Source of the DNA: Raja brachyura
Taxonomy: Eukaryota
NCBI GenBank assembly: GCA_963514005.1
Contig: OY740804.1
Span: 33,790,001 to 33,854,000 of the forward strand
Direction: 5' to 3'
DNA: 64,000 nt
A program made the translations under genes and the position numbers. Of the stretch, positions 1-14,300 are shown one piece after another. The first letter of the stretch is position 1, and each line of letters starts with the position of its first letter. The notes under the pieces were generated by a model. The model was given only the letters and a program-made list of their open reading frames with translations. It was not told where the DNA came from and did not search any database.

Positions 1-134
1 TTTCCATTCCTGTTTTTTAATCCGAGAATGAGGAAACCTGATCAGAGCGTCTTTTAGCTGGCATCAAGCAAACTAGTGCAAAACGGGGTAATCTTAGGAT
101 ATTCATCTATATATTGCAACTACTTACTAAATAA

Positions 135-331
135 TTCTGGAATAACTCAGCGGGTCAGGCAGCATTTCTGGAGAAAAGGAATAGGTGACGTATCGGGTCT
201 AGACCCTTCTTCAGTCTCGACGCAAAATGTCACCTATTCCTTTTCTCCAGAGATACTTTCTGTCCCGCTGAGTTGCTCCAGCATTTTGTGTCTATCTTCA
301 GTGTAAACCAGCATCTGTAGTTCCTTCCTAC
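135..331. mobile_element. Fold-back (head-to-head) Penelope-like pLTR fragment
   Basis: Inverted arms of the gggtctcgacccgaaacgtcacctattcc...ctgagttactccagc repeat; flanking direct repeat acttactaaataa at 122-134 and 332-344. Confidence 0.75.
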
Positions 332-1129
332 ACTTACTAAATAAATCTAGTTGGGTATTGAACAATTATATTGTTTTTAGATATCTATATATTTACCCAA
401 AGATTATTACATCTCATACATCAGCCATGTTTGTCATTTGAGCTCAGGTGCAGAGAATTATTTTAAATCAATTCTATAAATTTATTGGAGACAATTTATT
501 ATCCAAAATAATTCTAAATGAGTATCGGTGCTAGTTTTGATTACATTTTATGTTCATTACGTGTTTTTCCTCTTAAAAGGATACTACAGATGAATTCTAC
601 AACTGTAAAGAAATTAATTACATATAAGCTCTAGATTTAGCTGGAAAATTATTAGATCTGTTAATGATTTTGTTAATACACTTTTGGTTATCCCTCATAA
701 CTGAGGAAGGACTATTTTCTTTGCCAGAATAAAGTTTCCTCTGCCAGAATAAAGTGGTTAAAATCAAAAATGTGCCGAGTATGGATTTTGTCATAACTTG
801 CCCAAATGAAGCCTCTTTATTTTTTTTCATACTTGAATTTCTTTTGTTTCTTTGTATTCTAGTCTGTACAATTGATTTTGTTGAGGTTTATTGAGCTTCT
901 AAACTAAACATTAACATTACTGTAATTGTAAGTTATCGCACGTGACTTGTATACAATGTCGAGTTTATCATTCTTAATACTGTGGTTTGGGTTGTACACC
1001 ACAGTATTACGAAACTGTACTTAATTCTATGTTTCTATCTAGGATAGGAATCATTTTTTACCTTCAGAGATTCCTCTAAATAAAATGTTAATATAGAGTT
1101 TTTGACTCATTCTTCTCTTTTCTCAACAG

Positions 1130-1234
1130 GTGGCAGCTTTAGAGTTGGACAATATTTATGTCAAATGGATGCTTGGGATTCTGTCTGTGGTTCTGCTTGG
1201 TGTATTCGTTGTCCACAAGTTTTACAAATCTTAA
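1130..1234 (+). CDS. BAK1: BAK1 (Bcl-2 homologous antagonist/killer), last coding exon; upstream exons lie outside the window
   Basis: Polypyrimidine acceptor tcttctcttttctcaacag ends at 1129. The phase-0 exon translates VAALELDNIYVKWMLGILSVVLLGVFVVHKFYKS*, matching the human BAK1 C-terminus (VAALNLGNGPILNVLVVLGVVLLGQFVVRRFFKS) including the TM anchor and basic tail. Too short for the ORF track. Confidence 0.92.
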   Translation: MAALELDNIYVKWMLGILSVVLLGVFVVHKFYKS

Positions 1235-4200
1235 TACATGGGTCGCTGCTGGAGCAGGCCTCCAGTGTTGGACTGCAAAAATATCTTTTTAAACACAATT
1301 TGCATCGAGAAAATTATGAGACATGCTACTTATAATGAATGGTGATGTTTATCAAGAAATTCCCAGCTGTCATTTATTGGATGGCCAATTCCAACAATCA
1401 TGGGTTTTTTTTAAAAACAAAGTTGTTTTGATTTTCAGCTGGTCCATTCTTGGCTTTTTTTGCAGCTCATTTCTAAAACATGAGATCAGTTACAATTCTC
1501 AGTGTTGTATGCACAGAACTATCTTTCATGTCGCATTGGCAAAACAGACACCAACCAGTGTCCATCCACCTGTGAATCTTGTTCCTGCACGAACAGCATT
1601 TGTATGCTGAGATGTTGAGCCTTGGAGCTTTAATATGTTTAACAAAAATGACAGGGTGACTTTTGTACATAGGAGTTTTATTGTCAGCAAAACAAATTGT
1701 TCTTTGCTTTAAAACCTGGATGCCTCCTTTCAATTTTAATGAACTTTTGCATGGTGATCTCAAAAGTTGTGCAATTGGCAGTATGAGCAGTCATAACCCG
1801 AGGTGGAAGTGATGTTGCATCCACAACAAATTAAAGTGCTTTTTAAAAAAAAAAGGCTAGCATATTGTTGGGGCGAAACTGATTTTGTGTTCATCGTGGG
1901 AATTGTGGTCATAGATGGCTGAGTCTTGTTTCTTTTCGTTACTAATTCGTGAACTGCGTATAATCTAGTTTAGAACTGTGGTATTTTGGGAGTGTAGCAA
2001 TCTGAATGTGGATACTGATGAATTGTGCTGCTAGGTCCAACAGGTGTCTTGAAGTATCCTAAGGGTTTTTTTAATGTAAATGCTGATTAATTTAAGAAAG
2101 GATTATTTAAGGATAACTGTTTGAATTCTTATTTATGTTTGAGATAGTTTGAAGACCAATATAGCAATACAAAGGGAGCAGGTATTTGGGCTGTCCATAT
2201 TTAATAACTAACCTCCTTTCTATAGCTTGATTAACTCCTGGCCTTCTGCAACTTTAATGTCAGGGTATATTAGTGTAAAGAGGAAAGGCTTTGGGAAACT
2301 TTGTAATATTATGGAGATTGAAATTTGTGCATGTACTCAATATTGATGTAATTCTGTAACTCTTTGCTTATTAATAATTTGCTTATTAGACTTTAGGAGT
2401 TGGTAGATATTTAAACTGTCTGCAGATTAGCTTGTGTTTCTTGGAATGAGCACCCAAGAAGGCATTTATAATTTCCGAGGCACTATTGTTTAATCATTCG
2501 AAAAGACCCCTTGACTGACAATTTATAATGACCAGGTTTCCTCCAAGAATTAAACTATGAAAACCAAATGCCTTGCCGCCTTTCTGCGTTAGTGAGCTAG
2601 CAAAGATGAGTAGCACTTTAGGACGTACAGGACCATTGGATCCTTGTCTTTAATTTTGGTGCTCCCAATACTGTGGACTGTTATGGAAAGGATATGTGGC
2701 TGCTGTGATCCAAGTTAACTAATTTGTGAGGCTTCGCACTGCCCATGGTCTTATGATGGGCGGCAGATAATTTGCTTCACTGAGATCTGTCAGGAAATAT
2801 TTAAGCATGTGACATTTTATGCAATCTTGTGCCTAGACTTCATACACCTTCAATTGTGCCTTGAGTGGTCTAGGAGTTGGATCTTGACTGTAAGTCACTA
2901 AGTTCTCGGCACCGTTCTTGCCTAAGGAATCTTTTTAAAGCTGTTTTGATCATGAACAATCAGATGTGCAGTTTTTACTAGTCTCAAGGTTGTTGAAAGT
3001 AGATTTTGTATTTCACATTTGGCACACATTGCCAACATCATCTGTGAAACTGTACTGCCCAAAGGGTCTTCTGTTTTCTCCAATGCTCAATTGGCCTTTG
3101 GGCATAATGCATGTCCATATTCTTAAATTGATACATACTTCTTAATGTAAAATATGAAATGTATTTGAGCTCCAATGAACATGATTCTCCAACTTAATAA
3201 TTGTCAAGCTTTCAAACTTGAAATCTTTGGTGAAAGCTCCATCAAAATCTTCAGTGCCCAAGGTTGTGGTTAATTTAATGGCATCTCGGGGAGCGAGTCC
3301 TTGACCATCTTTCCTAATGTGAAGAACTGAAACTCTATAAAATGGGCATGCTGTGTGAGATTAATGAAAGTGTAACGTGCGGTAGGACTAAAGTTTTAAA
3401 TTGGATGACGGATACATATTTGATTTCTGGTGCATAAGATGGAGCAGCATGTTGATGGCGAAGCATTGTTTGTACTTTGTAGGTGTATGTGTGAATTCTT
3501 GGCTTTCACCCAGAGCAATCACACTGCCTGCAAGGTTGGATATCATTATTGTGTTTAACTACAGGTGACTGCTCCAATGCAACAAACGGCAGTCCACAAA
3601 ACCAATACATTTGCATTTGGGAATGGTGGCAGGCCACCAAACATCTCTGAGACCAAACTCTATTTACAGAGGATTCAGTACAGTATGTACTCTTATTCTC
3701 TTTCCTGCTGTTCTTGCATTGCATTAAATGGAAATAGGAAATTCTTACCACTGACAAAGAAAGTGTTTAAAATGATCAGAACACTATTTTAATCAAAGTT
3801 CATATGTGGTGAGCCATAAAAGTTTATGGTGGGAACATCTAACATTTATATAAAAGATGAAGTTGACAGTACTAAACTGCAGTTGATAACTTTTTTTAAA
3901 TGAGTTACTCCAATTCTCTTCCTATTCTAGATTTGAATCATTTGTCTTGTTTGACAAAAGCTAATTTCAAATACAGAGCCATATTCCACCATCATAAAAT
4001 GCAAATCCCAATTGTCAATTTGAAATTGCTTGTGACCATTTAGTAGACAGACGGACGGACGGACGTCATCCAAATTTTTTATAAAAAATGGAAATTGGCT
4101 ATAGAATCTGATTTGGTGTTAAATTATCAGTTTTTCAGGGTGCTTTTAACAAAAATTATCAAATCGGTTTTAGCAGACCAGAATAAGATCCTGGTTGTAC

Positions 4201-5465
4201 TTTGACAAATGCAAGAACATTCACTTTTCTAAGAGTAAGTAAATACATTTTATTTATATAACACGTTTAAATCAACTCGTGTTGAAACCAAAGTGCTTTA
4301 CATAGAAAAAAATAATTAAGTTTCTGTACATCCATAGAAAAATTGAAAAAGAGAAAAATGACACAACACTTTATAGAATTCAACATGACCATCCCCCCCC
4401 ACAACAGAATCAGAATTTTCCACTGTGGGGAAAGGCATCAGAAAGTTTCAGTCCTCTTATTCTGTGATCACCCAAGGTCGGGGCCTACTTGTGGTCTCCG
4501 CAGCCAGTCCGATGAGCTTCCACCTTTTTTCATTCCACTCTTCTTTGTTTCTTTTTGATTTTCCTTTCAACATTTTTTTCTGGATACCTTTAATTTGACG
4601 GTAAATATTCCTTTTAGAGACTAGTTTTCTCCTGTAAACACTTTTCAAGATCATCAAGTATGCACTGGAATCAGCTTCTGTTCTTTGGCATGTAGACTCT
4701 GCTTCTACAAACAAAAACAATAAGAAAATGCAACAGTTTTAAGCAGGTACTTTTTCAATTATGTTTGCACGTTTCAATAGTGTAGTGCAAGTTTCAAATC
4801 AGGTTTGTTTTCAAAACTCTCAGTTTTTACAAAATTATGTTTATGCAGCATACATTGTACTTGTAGACCACTCTGGAAATTAAGTGCAAACCTTATGGGC
4901 AGCACTAAGATAGAAATCACCACTTGTGGCTTCTTGGCTCTTAATATATTTGCCTGTAACACTGTAATAGTAGTCAATTTCTTCCCAATGATTATCGGAG
5001 AGGAACAACTTTACACATTTGCCAGTTGGTCCTTAATTGTGGTGCTAATTGTGATGTTGGTCTGCAAATCATCGGCCACCATGGCAATCATGAGCCTTGT
5101 GCTCTGCAGGAATGCAGAGTTGGTCAATTTGGTAAATATATCTGACTAACTTATTTTGCCAATGTGCAGCTACAATCATGATGTACCACATAACAACATA
5201 TTGTTTGAGTTTCAACATTATGTGGACGTGACTGTTTAAGTATTGGATAGCAGTGGAAGTATTTTTCAGTTTTATATTTTGCATATGTTCTTGTGAACAA
5301 TTGTCATGTTTGTCATTCTCACATTTGGTACTTCCAACTGGGTAATTAACAACTTGAAACTTGTTAAAACGCATACATTTAAATAATGTATGTGACGCTG
5401 TATACCTAATTAGATGTTCAATCATATGGAGTTAAAATAAAACTTTTATATCAGCTGTGCTGCTC
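1235..5465 (+). other. Probable long BAK1 3'UTR (about 4.2 kb)
   Basis: AT-rich, nearly repeat-free stretch after the stop codon. It ends at AATAAA 5436-5441 with upstream TGTA motifs and a downstream GT-rich tract. Repeat density rises beyond about 5.6 kb. Confidence 0.5.
5436..5441 (+). terminator. Candidate BAK1 polyadenylation signal
   Basis: AATAAA with upstream TGTA and downstream tgtgctgctctgtttactgtt; alternative AATAAA near 5566 and 6413. Confidence 0.45.
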
Positions 5466-6715
5466 TGTTTACTGTTACAAGAAAGAGATGTAAGTGATAG
5501 TTGTGTGTTTATACAGTGAATTAAAGCCATGCCTTTGCAAAAATCCTGTTATTTCCCAACTCTTAAATAAAACCTCTAATAATTCATTCTTGACGAGGAT
5601 GCTTAATTTTGTTGGCTCTTAGATACATTAAGCAGATTGTCTTTGTTTTCTGACTTTGGGTGTTTCACAAAATACAACAATGGAGCAAGGCCGACCAGCC
5701 CCTGTGTCTGCTTCACCTCTGGAGATGATCACGGCTGATCTGACCTCGATTTCAGCTTCACTGTCTGGCCTGTTCACACAGCTCCTGATTCTCTCCGCGC
5801 ATCAAAGAAACTGTGATTCAGCATTAAATATATTTTAATGATTCAGCTTCCACAAAAAAGTCATGACTTTTTAATGACGAAATTCCCGTTGGCCCTTTCA
5901 GTTCAGAAGTCATCCACTTGAACTTCCTCTGGCCTACCTCCCAGTGCAAAGGATATCCTTTACAACTAAGACGAAAACAGTGCTTAGTACTTCACATGTA
6001 ACCTTGCCAACTCCTTGTACAGTTGCTATAAGCTTATTTATATTTAATGCTCCTTTCAGTAAAGACCGCTTCACTTAATTACCACCTGTACTTGCTGACT
6101 TTTAATGTATAGAAGCTGTTAGGAATCATTATTTATTCACCTGCGTGTAATCTTTATTTCTGTGATAATGCAAACATTGCACAGGAATTTAGCTTTATAC
6201 TCTTCATCTTGAACAACACTTGGAAGCTACAAATTGAAGAAGGGACTGTGGGGCACCAGGAAGGCTTTTGATTTTTCTTTTAAGCCACAAAGTGTACCTG
6301 ATATATGGCAATGGGATTTTTTTTTTTTTAAGTTAACCCAATGAAATATTTGTTTTCATTCCTACTAATTGCCCATGTTGATAGTTAAGAACAGAAAGTT
6401 TTCCCTGGGTATAATAAAAAAAGTCAGGGAGCCAGGAACTATCATACTCGCTATAAGTTTTGAATCCCAACACCCTTTCTGTATTTTCTGGAAATGTCTA
6501 GAAAGTGTTGTATATAATCGTTAAGTACAATTCTAGATGTGTTGAGTTACATTTTCCAAAAATGCAGCTCTAACTGCCTTGTTTTCATATCTTAAATAAC
6601 TGAAGGCCAGACAAAGTTGTATTCTTTTGTGTACCTTTATCTTTGCATCAGACCCACTCTTGTGTGCTTTCCAAGTTTGTTTCTAGCAAAGTTAAATGTC
6701 AAGAGAGTTTATTGC

Positions 6716-6803
6716 AGGGCTCGAAATTAGCGGTTGCCCGGGTGCCATTGACCACCCAAAGTGCCGCCGGGCAACCTAAACGCCGAGTCATTTTGCCCGG
6801 CTT
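6716..6803 (+). mobile_element. hAT-like DNA transposon 5' end fragment
   Basis: Abrupt GC-rich start CAGGGCTCGAAATTAGCGGTTGCCCGGG; no matching right end found. Confidence 0.4.
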
Positions 6804-7266
6804 ACTGATACTGTTTATACTGAAGATAGACACAAAAAAATGGAGTAACTCAGCGGATCAGGCAACATCTCTGGAGAAAAGGAACATGACATTTCGTGTC
6901 GGCGGCGTCTGTTTTGCGGGGCAAAGATACTAGATGCAGGGTGACGAAGGGTCGAAGCGAATAACTGGCCCCGCACAGCGGCTGCAGCAGCCGTGACAGC
7001 GGCTCCATCTCCTCCTCCCACACCCCGCCCGCCCTGAGAGCGGCCGCTGCTTGCCAATCCACTAACGGCGCTTTCAAAACAACCCCTCCCGCATGCCGAG
7101 GAGGGAGGGGGAGGTGTCCTTCCGCTGTCTGAAGCAGCTGCACCAAGGAGATCCCAACTGCCTCCCCCTTTGCCGGCGGCACTTGGGGTTGGACATGGAC
7201 GGCCAGGGCAGTGAGGCGATGTTGTCCAAGGAGCGCTGACCTTCCTTACTCCCCGCCTCCTCTGCC

Positions 7267-7268
<2 letters not shown>

Positions 7269-7300
<32 letters not shown>

Positions 7301-7325
7301 ATCTCTCTCTCTCTCTCTCTCTCTT
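7269..7325. repeat. (CT)n microsatellite
   Basis: Direct reading. Confidence 0.95.
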
Positions 7326-7359
7326 TCTTGTACGCCCCCCCTGCGCCCCTCTTATCCTG

Positions 7360-7758
7360 AGACCCCTCCTCTCCATCCTGCACTGATCCCCATCCCCGCC
7401 TCTATTCAGTCCTCACTGACATCCCCTGTGCTCCCCTCCCCATCTACCCCCCCCCCCCCCCCCCAATCTATTCATCCTGCGCTGATCACCCTATCCACTT
7501 TGCATTGATTCTTCTGCCACCCATCCAACACTGGTCCCCAAATTCATCCTGCACCAATCCCCCCGCCCCCCATCCATCCTATAGTGATCTACCCATTCAT
7601 CTTGTACTGATCCCCTCATTCATCCTGTACTGATCCCCTCCATTCATCCTGTAGTGATCCACCATTCATCCTGCACAGACCCTCCGATCCACACTGTACT
7701 GACCCCCCACCACCCCCCCCCCCCCCGCCATTCATTCTGCGCTGATCCCCATCCATTC
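7360..7758. repeat. Degenerate C-rich minisatellite (unit about ccattcatcctgcactgatccc)
   Basis: About 15 imperfect 20-25 bp units. Confidence 0.8.
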
Positions 7759-9099
7759 TGAAGAAGGGTCTCGACCCAAAACATTGCCTATTTCTTTTGC
7801 TCCATAGATGCTGTCTCACCCGCTGAGTTTCTCCAGCACTTTTGTCTAACGCCTTTAGACATTTCCTTGCAACCTGTATATTTGGTTATGGATAAATTAT
7901 GTGGGAAGCGAGAGTGTTTCTGTACCAATGGCAATAACGACCATGACTATGGCCATGCCATGGTAATTTTCGGTCCTTCACGGAAAACATGTTTGCATCA
8001 ATCTGTAGTATGCATGGTTAGAGTATATTATCGCACGCGTCATTCAAGCCAACTTAAATGACCACCTAAACTGGGGCACAGGGAAAGGCATGGAATGGAA
8101 GGAAGGGTTTATAGCATAGTTACCTAGTTTATAGCTTATTTAGCTAAAATTGAAGAATTCAGTGTTAATACTGTCAGAATGTGAGCTGCCCAAGCAGAAT
8201 ATGAGGTGCTGTTTCTCAAGTTTGTGTGTGGCTTCACTCCAGCAATGGTGGAGGCCCAGGACGGAAAGGTCAGTATGGGAATGAAAGTGGTTAGCAACTG
8301 GGAGATCCAGCAGGCCTTGGCTGACCGAACACGAATGTTCAGCAAAACAGTTAGCAAGTCAATTCTTGATCTTGCGAATGTAAAGGAGGCCACAGCGGGA
8401 ACACCAAATGCAGTAGATATGGTTAAGAGGCCTGTCTTAGCTGGGAAGTCTGCTGTGGTCCCTGGATGGATACAAGTACAAATCCACAAGTACTATTGGA
8501 AAATAGTGAGAGCATTGGCAAAGTTGAATTTGGAGATGATAAAAGCATGGCTGAGGTTTTCGATAACAAGTGTTGAGGCTCTGTAAAAGTGACTTGCAAC
8601 GTGGGATGCAATGTAGACTTGCTGAGAAGGTTAAAATGTGAGAGCAGATTGCAGCAAGAACAGAGAGCATCAAGATTGTGAACAGTCTGGTTGAGCCTGA
8701 ATTTGAACTGAAGGCATTTGAGTTGTTGGCATAAAAACAAAATTGTGCTGCAGTTAAACTGGTTTTACCAATATTTTGATGGAAATTTTAGCTTGTCCAG
8801 CGCTAGAAGTTGGAAAAACAACGGCAGTGTCAGGAGGGGAGAAGAGGGAGCTGATTTTTCACTTGTATGCAATCAATCTGTCCAAATGGCAGCTTCCAGT
8901 TGTGAAATGTTGGGCCAGGAGATATCCTTGAATGATGCTAAAGGTTCAGAAGTTATTCCTAATGAGCAGACTTCATAAAAATATTTGAATTAATTTAAAT
9001 CTTAAGGTATTGAGGTCAAATTGATGGATTTAATGGAATAGCTTTGCGTTCATTAATTTTCTAAGTCTGGGAACCCTGTGGGATTTGCTTCCTGGCAAT

Positions 9100-9555
9100 A
9101 TTCTGAAGTGTCAGTGAGGCCAAACGCGAATTGGAGGAACAGCACCTTGTATTTCACCTGGGCAACTTACAACCCAGCGGTATGAATATTGATTTCTTTA
9201 ACTTCAGATAACCCTTGCATGCCCTCTCTCTGTCCCTCCCCCTCCCTTGTCATTATACTAGTTTCACTGGCCTGGTGAGTTTCATTGTATAACTTGTTCT
9301 CACCTAGCCCACAGCTAACAATGAACCGCTTCCTTGATCATCCTTACTTTTTTTGCATATCTTTTCTTTGTTCTCTATCTCTCCATATCATTGTCTATCT
9401 CGTTTCCCTCTCCCCTGACTATCAGTTTTGAAGAAGGGTCCCGACCTGAAGAGTCCTCTCCAAACATGCTGCCATTCCTTCTCTCCAAAGATGCTGCCTG
9501 TCCTGCTGAGTTACCTCAGCATTTGAGGTAAACCAACATTTGCAGTTCCTTCCTC
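9100..9555 (+). mobile_element. Penelope-like element 3' fragment (end of GIY-YIG region plus pLTR)
   Basis: ttggaggaacagcacc...ctgggcaacttacaaccc matches the LEEQHLIFRLG region of the 63339-63671 ORF, followed by the pLTR. Confidence 0.75.
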
Positions 9556-9644
9556 CAGCTTTCTGAACGGTTTTGTTCTGCGCACCCCCCCCCCCCCCCC
9601 CCCCCCCAATCCCAAACCCTTACAATGTCCTATTTGTGGCCGAC

Positions 9645-11225
9645 AGCCACAACCAGGCACTCGGGAGAAGGTGCTTGGGAAGCTGAAAGGGCTAAAGATG
9701 GATAAGTTGCCTGGACCGGATTGACTGCACCCCAAGGTTCTGAAAGAGGTGGGTTTAGAAATTGTGGGTCCATTAATAGTGATCTTTCAAGAAGTCAGGA
9801 GTGCTTCGAGATGATTGAAAAATTGCCAATACTACCCCGCTGTACAAGAAGGGAGCAAAGCAGAATAGTGGAAACTATAGGCTGGTTAGTCTGACTTCAA
9901 TGGTTGGTAAGTTTTTAATCCATTATAAAGAATGAGGTCACGGAGTATTTACGAGTTCATGATAAAATAGGCCAAAGTCGGCATGACTTTTTGAAAGGGA
10001 GGTCTTGTCTGATATTCACCCGAGAATTCATGCTGGAATTCTTTGAAGAAGTAAATGGGACAGACAAAGGAGAGTCAGTGAATGTTGCTTACCTAGATTT
10101 TCAGAAAGTCTTTGATAAGGTCCCACACCAGAGGCTGCTCAAGAAGATTTATTGCCCATGGTATCAAAGGGCAGGCATGGGCGGAAATCCTGGTGGGGGG
10201 GGGGCACAGGCTCTGCGATTGGAGCCCTCAAGGTAGACTCCATTTGGAGGCCGCTAGCTCCTAGAATTTAGCAGCCCGGGACTAGCTGCAGTTTCCAGGT
10301 CGGCTCGCCTGTCCCGGGACTGGTTGTATTGCCCAAGTCAGCTGGCAGGTCTGGCTGTAACGCCCAGGTCCCCTGCGTGTCCTGGGAATGGCTGCAGTTC
10401 CCAGGTCACGAAAAGTAATTGAAAAATAATACGCCTGCGGTCCGGAATATTTCGGGTTACGGGTCCGATCCAGCCCGTGGGCCGTTGGTTGCCGACCCCT
10501 GTCCTAGATGGCAGGCCTCATTGTGTTCCCCCCCCCCCAGTTTTAAACAGCGATTTCTGCCCTCTGACGACAGGTACTAGCATGGATAGCAGTTTGGCTG
10601 CATGACAGAAGGCAGAGTGGCAATAAAGGGGGCCTTTTCTGGTTGGGGGCTAGTGACCAGCAGAATTCCGCAGAGGTCAGTGCTGGGGCCATTACTTTTC
10701 ACGTTGTATATTAATGATTTGGATGAGGCAAATGTGGCAAGTTTGCAGATGGCACGAAAATAAGAGGAGCGGCAGGTCATGTAGAGGAAGCATGGACTCT
10801 GTAGAAGGACCTGGACAAGTTGGCAGAGAAGTGGCAGATGGAATATAGTGTAGCAAAGTGTGGAGTCGTGCATTTTAGTAGTAGGAATCAAGGCATAGAC
10901 TATTTTCTAAACGGGGAGAGAATCCAAAAGTCGGAGGTGCAAAGAGTGTTGGTGCAGGATTTCCAAACGTTAATTTGCAAGTCGTATCGGTGGTAAGGAA
11001 GGCAAATGCAATGCTAGCATTTATTTCAAGAGGGCTAGAATACAAAAACGTGGATGTAATGTGTCCAAACCCTTAACAATCTTGTATGTTTCAATGAGAT
11101 CCCCTCTCATCCTTCTAAACTCCAGAGTGTACAAGCCCAGCTGCTCCATTCTCTCAGCATATGACAGTCCCGCCATCCCGGGAATGAACCTTGTAAACCT
11201 ACTCTGTACTCCGTCAATAGCAAGA
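9645..11225 (+). mobile_element. CR1/HER1-like LINE RT fragment, interrupted by a hAT MITE, with an inverted terminal piece (11061-11225)
   Basis: YLDFQKVFDKVPH (ORF 9991), degenerate YINDLD/KFADG; the minus-strand piece encodes GVQSRFTRFIPGMAGLSY. Confidence 0.85.
10176..10566 (-). mobile_element. Non-autonomous hAT MITE (same family as 43994-44666)
   Basis: Ends catgggcggaaatc / gatttctgccctctg; degenerate 8-bp TSD agggcagg / acgacagg. Confidence 0.65.
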
Positions 11226-11359
11226 ATGAGTGAACATTGCTCCCTGCAATTAGACTGCATGGTTATAAATGACCTGCACCAGTCATAGACGGTGCCGAGG
11301 AAAAGGGTGGTCATGGTAGAAGCTGAAGGGCAGAGGTGTTGAGGTGTCTCAACAAACAT

Positions 11360-14300
11360 CACCAAAACACTTGGGCCAGATGCATTCTATGGAAAGAAAC
11401 AGTTAGTAGTTCAGGTTGAGAACCCTTCATCAGAACTGGGAAAAGGAGAATACACATTAGTTTTAAGTTGCGGAGAGGATGGTGGTGGTCTGGGAGTGGG
11501 GCTGCATAGGACAAAGGAAATATCTCTGGTAGGTTGGGGCCAGGGTTACCATGGGCATAAGTTGTAGATCTCATTCTGTCATTGGGTTAAGTGGGTGGAA
11601 GGACAGACAAAGAGAGAGAATGAATGAAAGTTATAAGATGAGAGCAATTAGAGAGAGAGAGAGTACAAAGGAACACAAAGCTACAGAATGTAGTTCTGTA
11701 GTAGATACCCAGCATGTCAGACTGCCCATAGGGACAAGAAGAACTGAGCCAATATCACAGATGGGTGACTTGCAAAATGGACAGCTTTGGTGCGGAGGAA
11801 TTGGGTTTCCTGATGTTGTAAAATTTGATGTTGAGGCTGCAGTGTGCCCAGGCAGAGGATGAGATGTAATTCTGCGAGTGGGCCTTGTGCCACAGATCGG
11901 CCAGAGTGGGAGTGAGATAAAACAGAGGTTCAACATTGCCCCTGTGAATTGATCACAGATACTACACAAAGTGGTCATCCAACCCATGTTCGGTTCCTCC
12001 ATTGTACAGAAGGACACATTGTGAACACCGAATGCAGTTCGCTGGACTTGGAAAAGGGCCAGGGGATCACTGCTTCACTTGGAAGGACCTTTGTGTTGGT
12101 AGTTGGTGAGAAGTGGAGAGATAAAGGGACAGATTAGGCATGGCCTGCAGGAAAAAAAAACATAAGAATGGAAGTGTTTGGTGAGGCTAGAAGGGCCTGG
12201 AAATACTGAAAAGGGGAGGGAAAGATTACTCTGGTTGTGGAATGATGTTGGAGGTGGTGGAAGCTGTGAAAGGTGATCTGTTGAATTAATTCTGGTGGAC
12301 AGTGAGGGCCAGGGATACGTTTGTCTTGCTCTGTTCAGGAGGAGCGTTGGTGATTGCAGAAACGTGGGAAATATTTGAGATGTGGTCGAGGGCTTTGTCA
12401 GCTGCGGTAGAGGAGGCAAAGCCTTGCTTCAGAAGCAAGGGAGACAACTCAGCAGCACCTGATGTAAAGTCTTGTCATTGGAGAAAATACAAAGAGACGG
12501 AAGAACTAGGAGAAAGGAAAGCAGTCCTCACAGGAGGCAGGGTGGGGTGGGAGATTGCAACCTTGACGTGGTTCAAGGTTAGTTTATTTTGTCACATATT
12601 ATTGGGTGATTGCAACCTTGACGTGGTCCGCCCTGTTTCGACAAATGCAGTCAACCCGGCGTGCACAATTAAATAAGATCAAATAGAACAAGTCGTCCGA
12701 CAACTTTAGGCTGTGCACGCCATACGAAAGAAGGAGAAGGAGGCAGGGTGGGAGGAAGTATAGCCAGGGTTGCTAAGGGCTTGTACTGAATGTTTCTCAC
12801 CTATCTATCCCCTTGAGACAGAGATTCAAAATGGGACAGGGTCATGTGAAGGCGGGAGAGGGAGATTGCAGCAAAAGTCATGAAACATTTGTCCGAATAC
12901 AGGAAGCAGCATCAGTGCAGGTGGTGATATCCGCAGGGGGGAAAAAAGCCGAGGCAGGGTGTAAAATTAGGACTAAAATAAAGACTGCCTGACAAAAAAA
13001 GCAGTTATGCCAATGGTCCATGAGCATTTCTATAGCCACTGGAAAAAGTAAATGGAATTGAAAAACGTGAGAATTAGTTCAGCCGTGCGAATGACCCTGT
13101 TGATAAAGGGAGACTGGTTGTGTCTCTAATTAAGGAAGAAGCATGATGGGCGTGGATGTAGGTATGTTACAAAACTTACCTTTAGCAGTGCTGCAGTTCT
13201 GTCACTGGCCGTGTGCGCGACTTTTGGCGCTTGGGGGGGGGGGGGGGGGGGGGCGGGGTTAAAATGCGGTTTTCCCCTGCCATCCGGAATTATATTTTCT
13301 CGGAGGGCGAGCTTTTGCTAAAGATTCGTTCCGACTGCCGGTAAGTGAAATAGTTTTAATCGCCCGACTATTTCAGCGCTGCAGTAAAATAAAAATTAGC
13401 TCCTAATGCCGTGAACGCCGACAACGGGGACGGATTTTACGGAGGGGACAGGTAAATGAAAGCTGTTTATTTTTACATATAAACTTGTTTTTTTAGATGA
13501 CCTTAATCAACATTTCATGTTGTGAAACGATGATTTAGTCCCCATATGAACCGGCAGAATTTTTCCTGCCGATATGGGGTTTAAATTCACCGCAACCCAA
13601 CGTTCCAATCTATCGTGTTCCATAAAATCCCACTCGCAAGCTGATTTAAATGGCTATTAATCTGCAGGCATTAAACACTAAATTCCTTCAATTTGGCCTA
13701 TAAATGAATGACAATTAGATTTAAAAATCATGTTATATTGTGAATTCTTGTGTGAATGTTATTTGGACACTTAGGCTTATAAAAAAATATTAATATTTTC
13801 TTAAGAAATGGATAGATGTTTAGATCTAGTAATTGAATTTTGTAATTAGCTACAATTGGGTAACTAACTAACTAATTATATGCTTTAATTTCAGGTCATC
13901 CAAGTAAGATTGTTTCATATTTGTTTCAGAATGCTTCAATCTATAATAACTGAAAATTTCTTTCAGTTCTCTAAATTTTTAAGGAAGTTATGGGCTTTTG
14001 ACTGTCCTCGATCATAAACTTTTGTGTTAAGTCAATGGAAAAGCAATAGGGAACAAGATGCTAATATCCGAGTATGAAAATGGCCATAACTTTTTTAATA
14101 CTGAAGATATGAAAGTGAATTAGGTGTCAAATTAAACTTCTTTTTATGCTTTATCTGATGGGATAAATTGCAGACTTGATTTTTTTAATCTCAAAATTTT
14201 GTAACATTGCTAGTGGATGCGGCTATGAAAAGTGGCAGAGGGTACCAGAGGTATCACAGATGTAAGGGAAGGGACTGGACCAGAGGAGAAAGGAGAAATG

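Noticed and set aside
1102-1335. 77-aa ORF overlapping the BAK1 exon
   Set aside because: Wrong frame; the BAK1 frame starts at 1130 after the splice acceptor
7360-7758. CRISPR-like array
   Set aside because: Degenerate tandem minisatellite without unique spacers, in a vertebrate context
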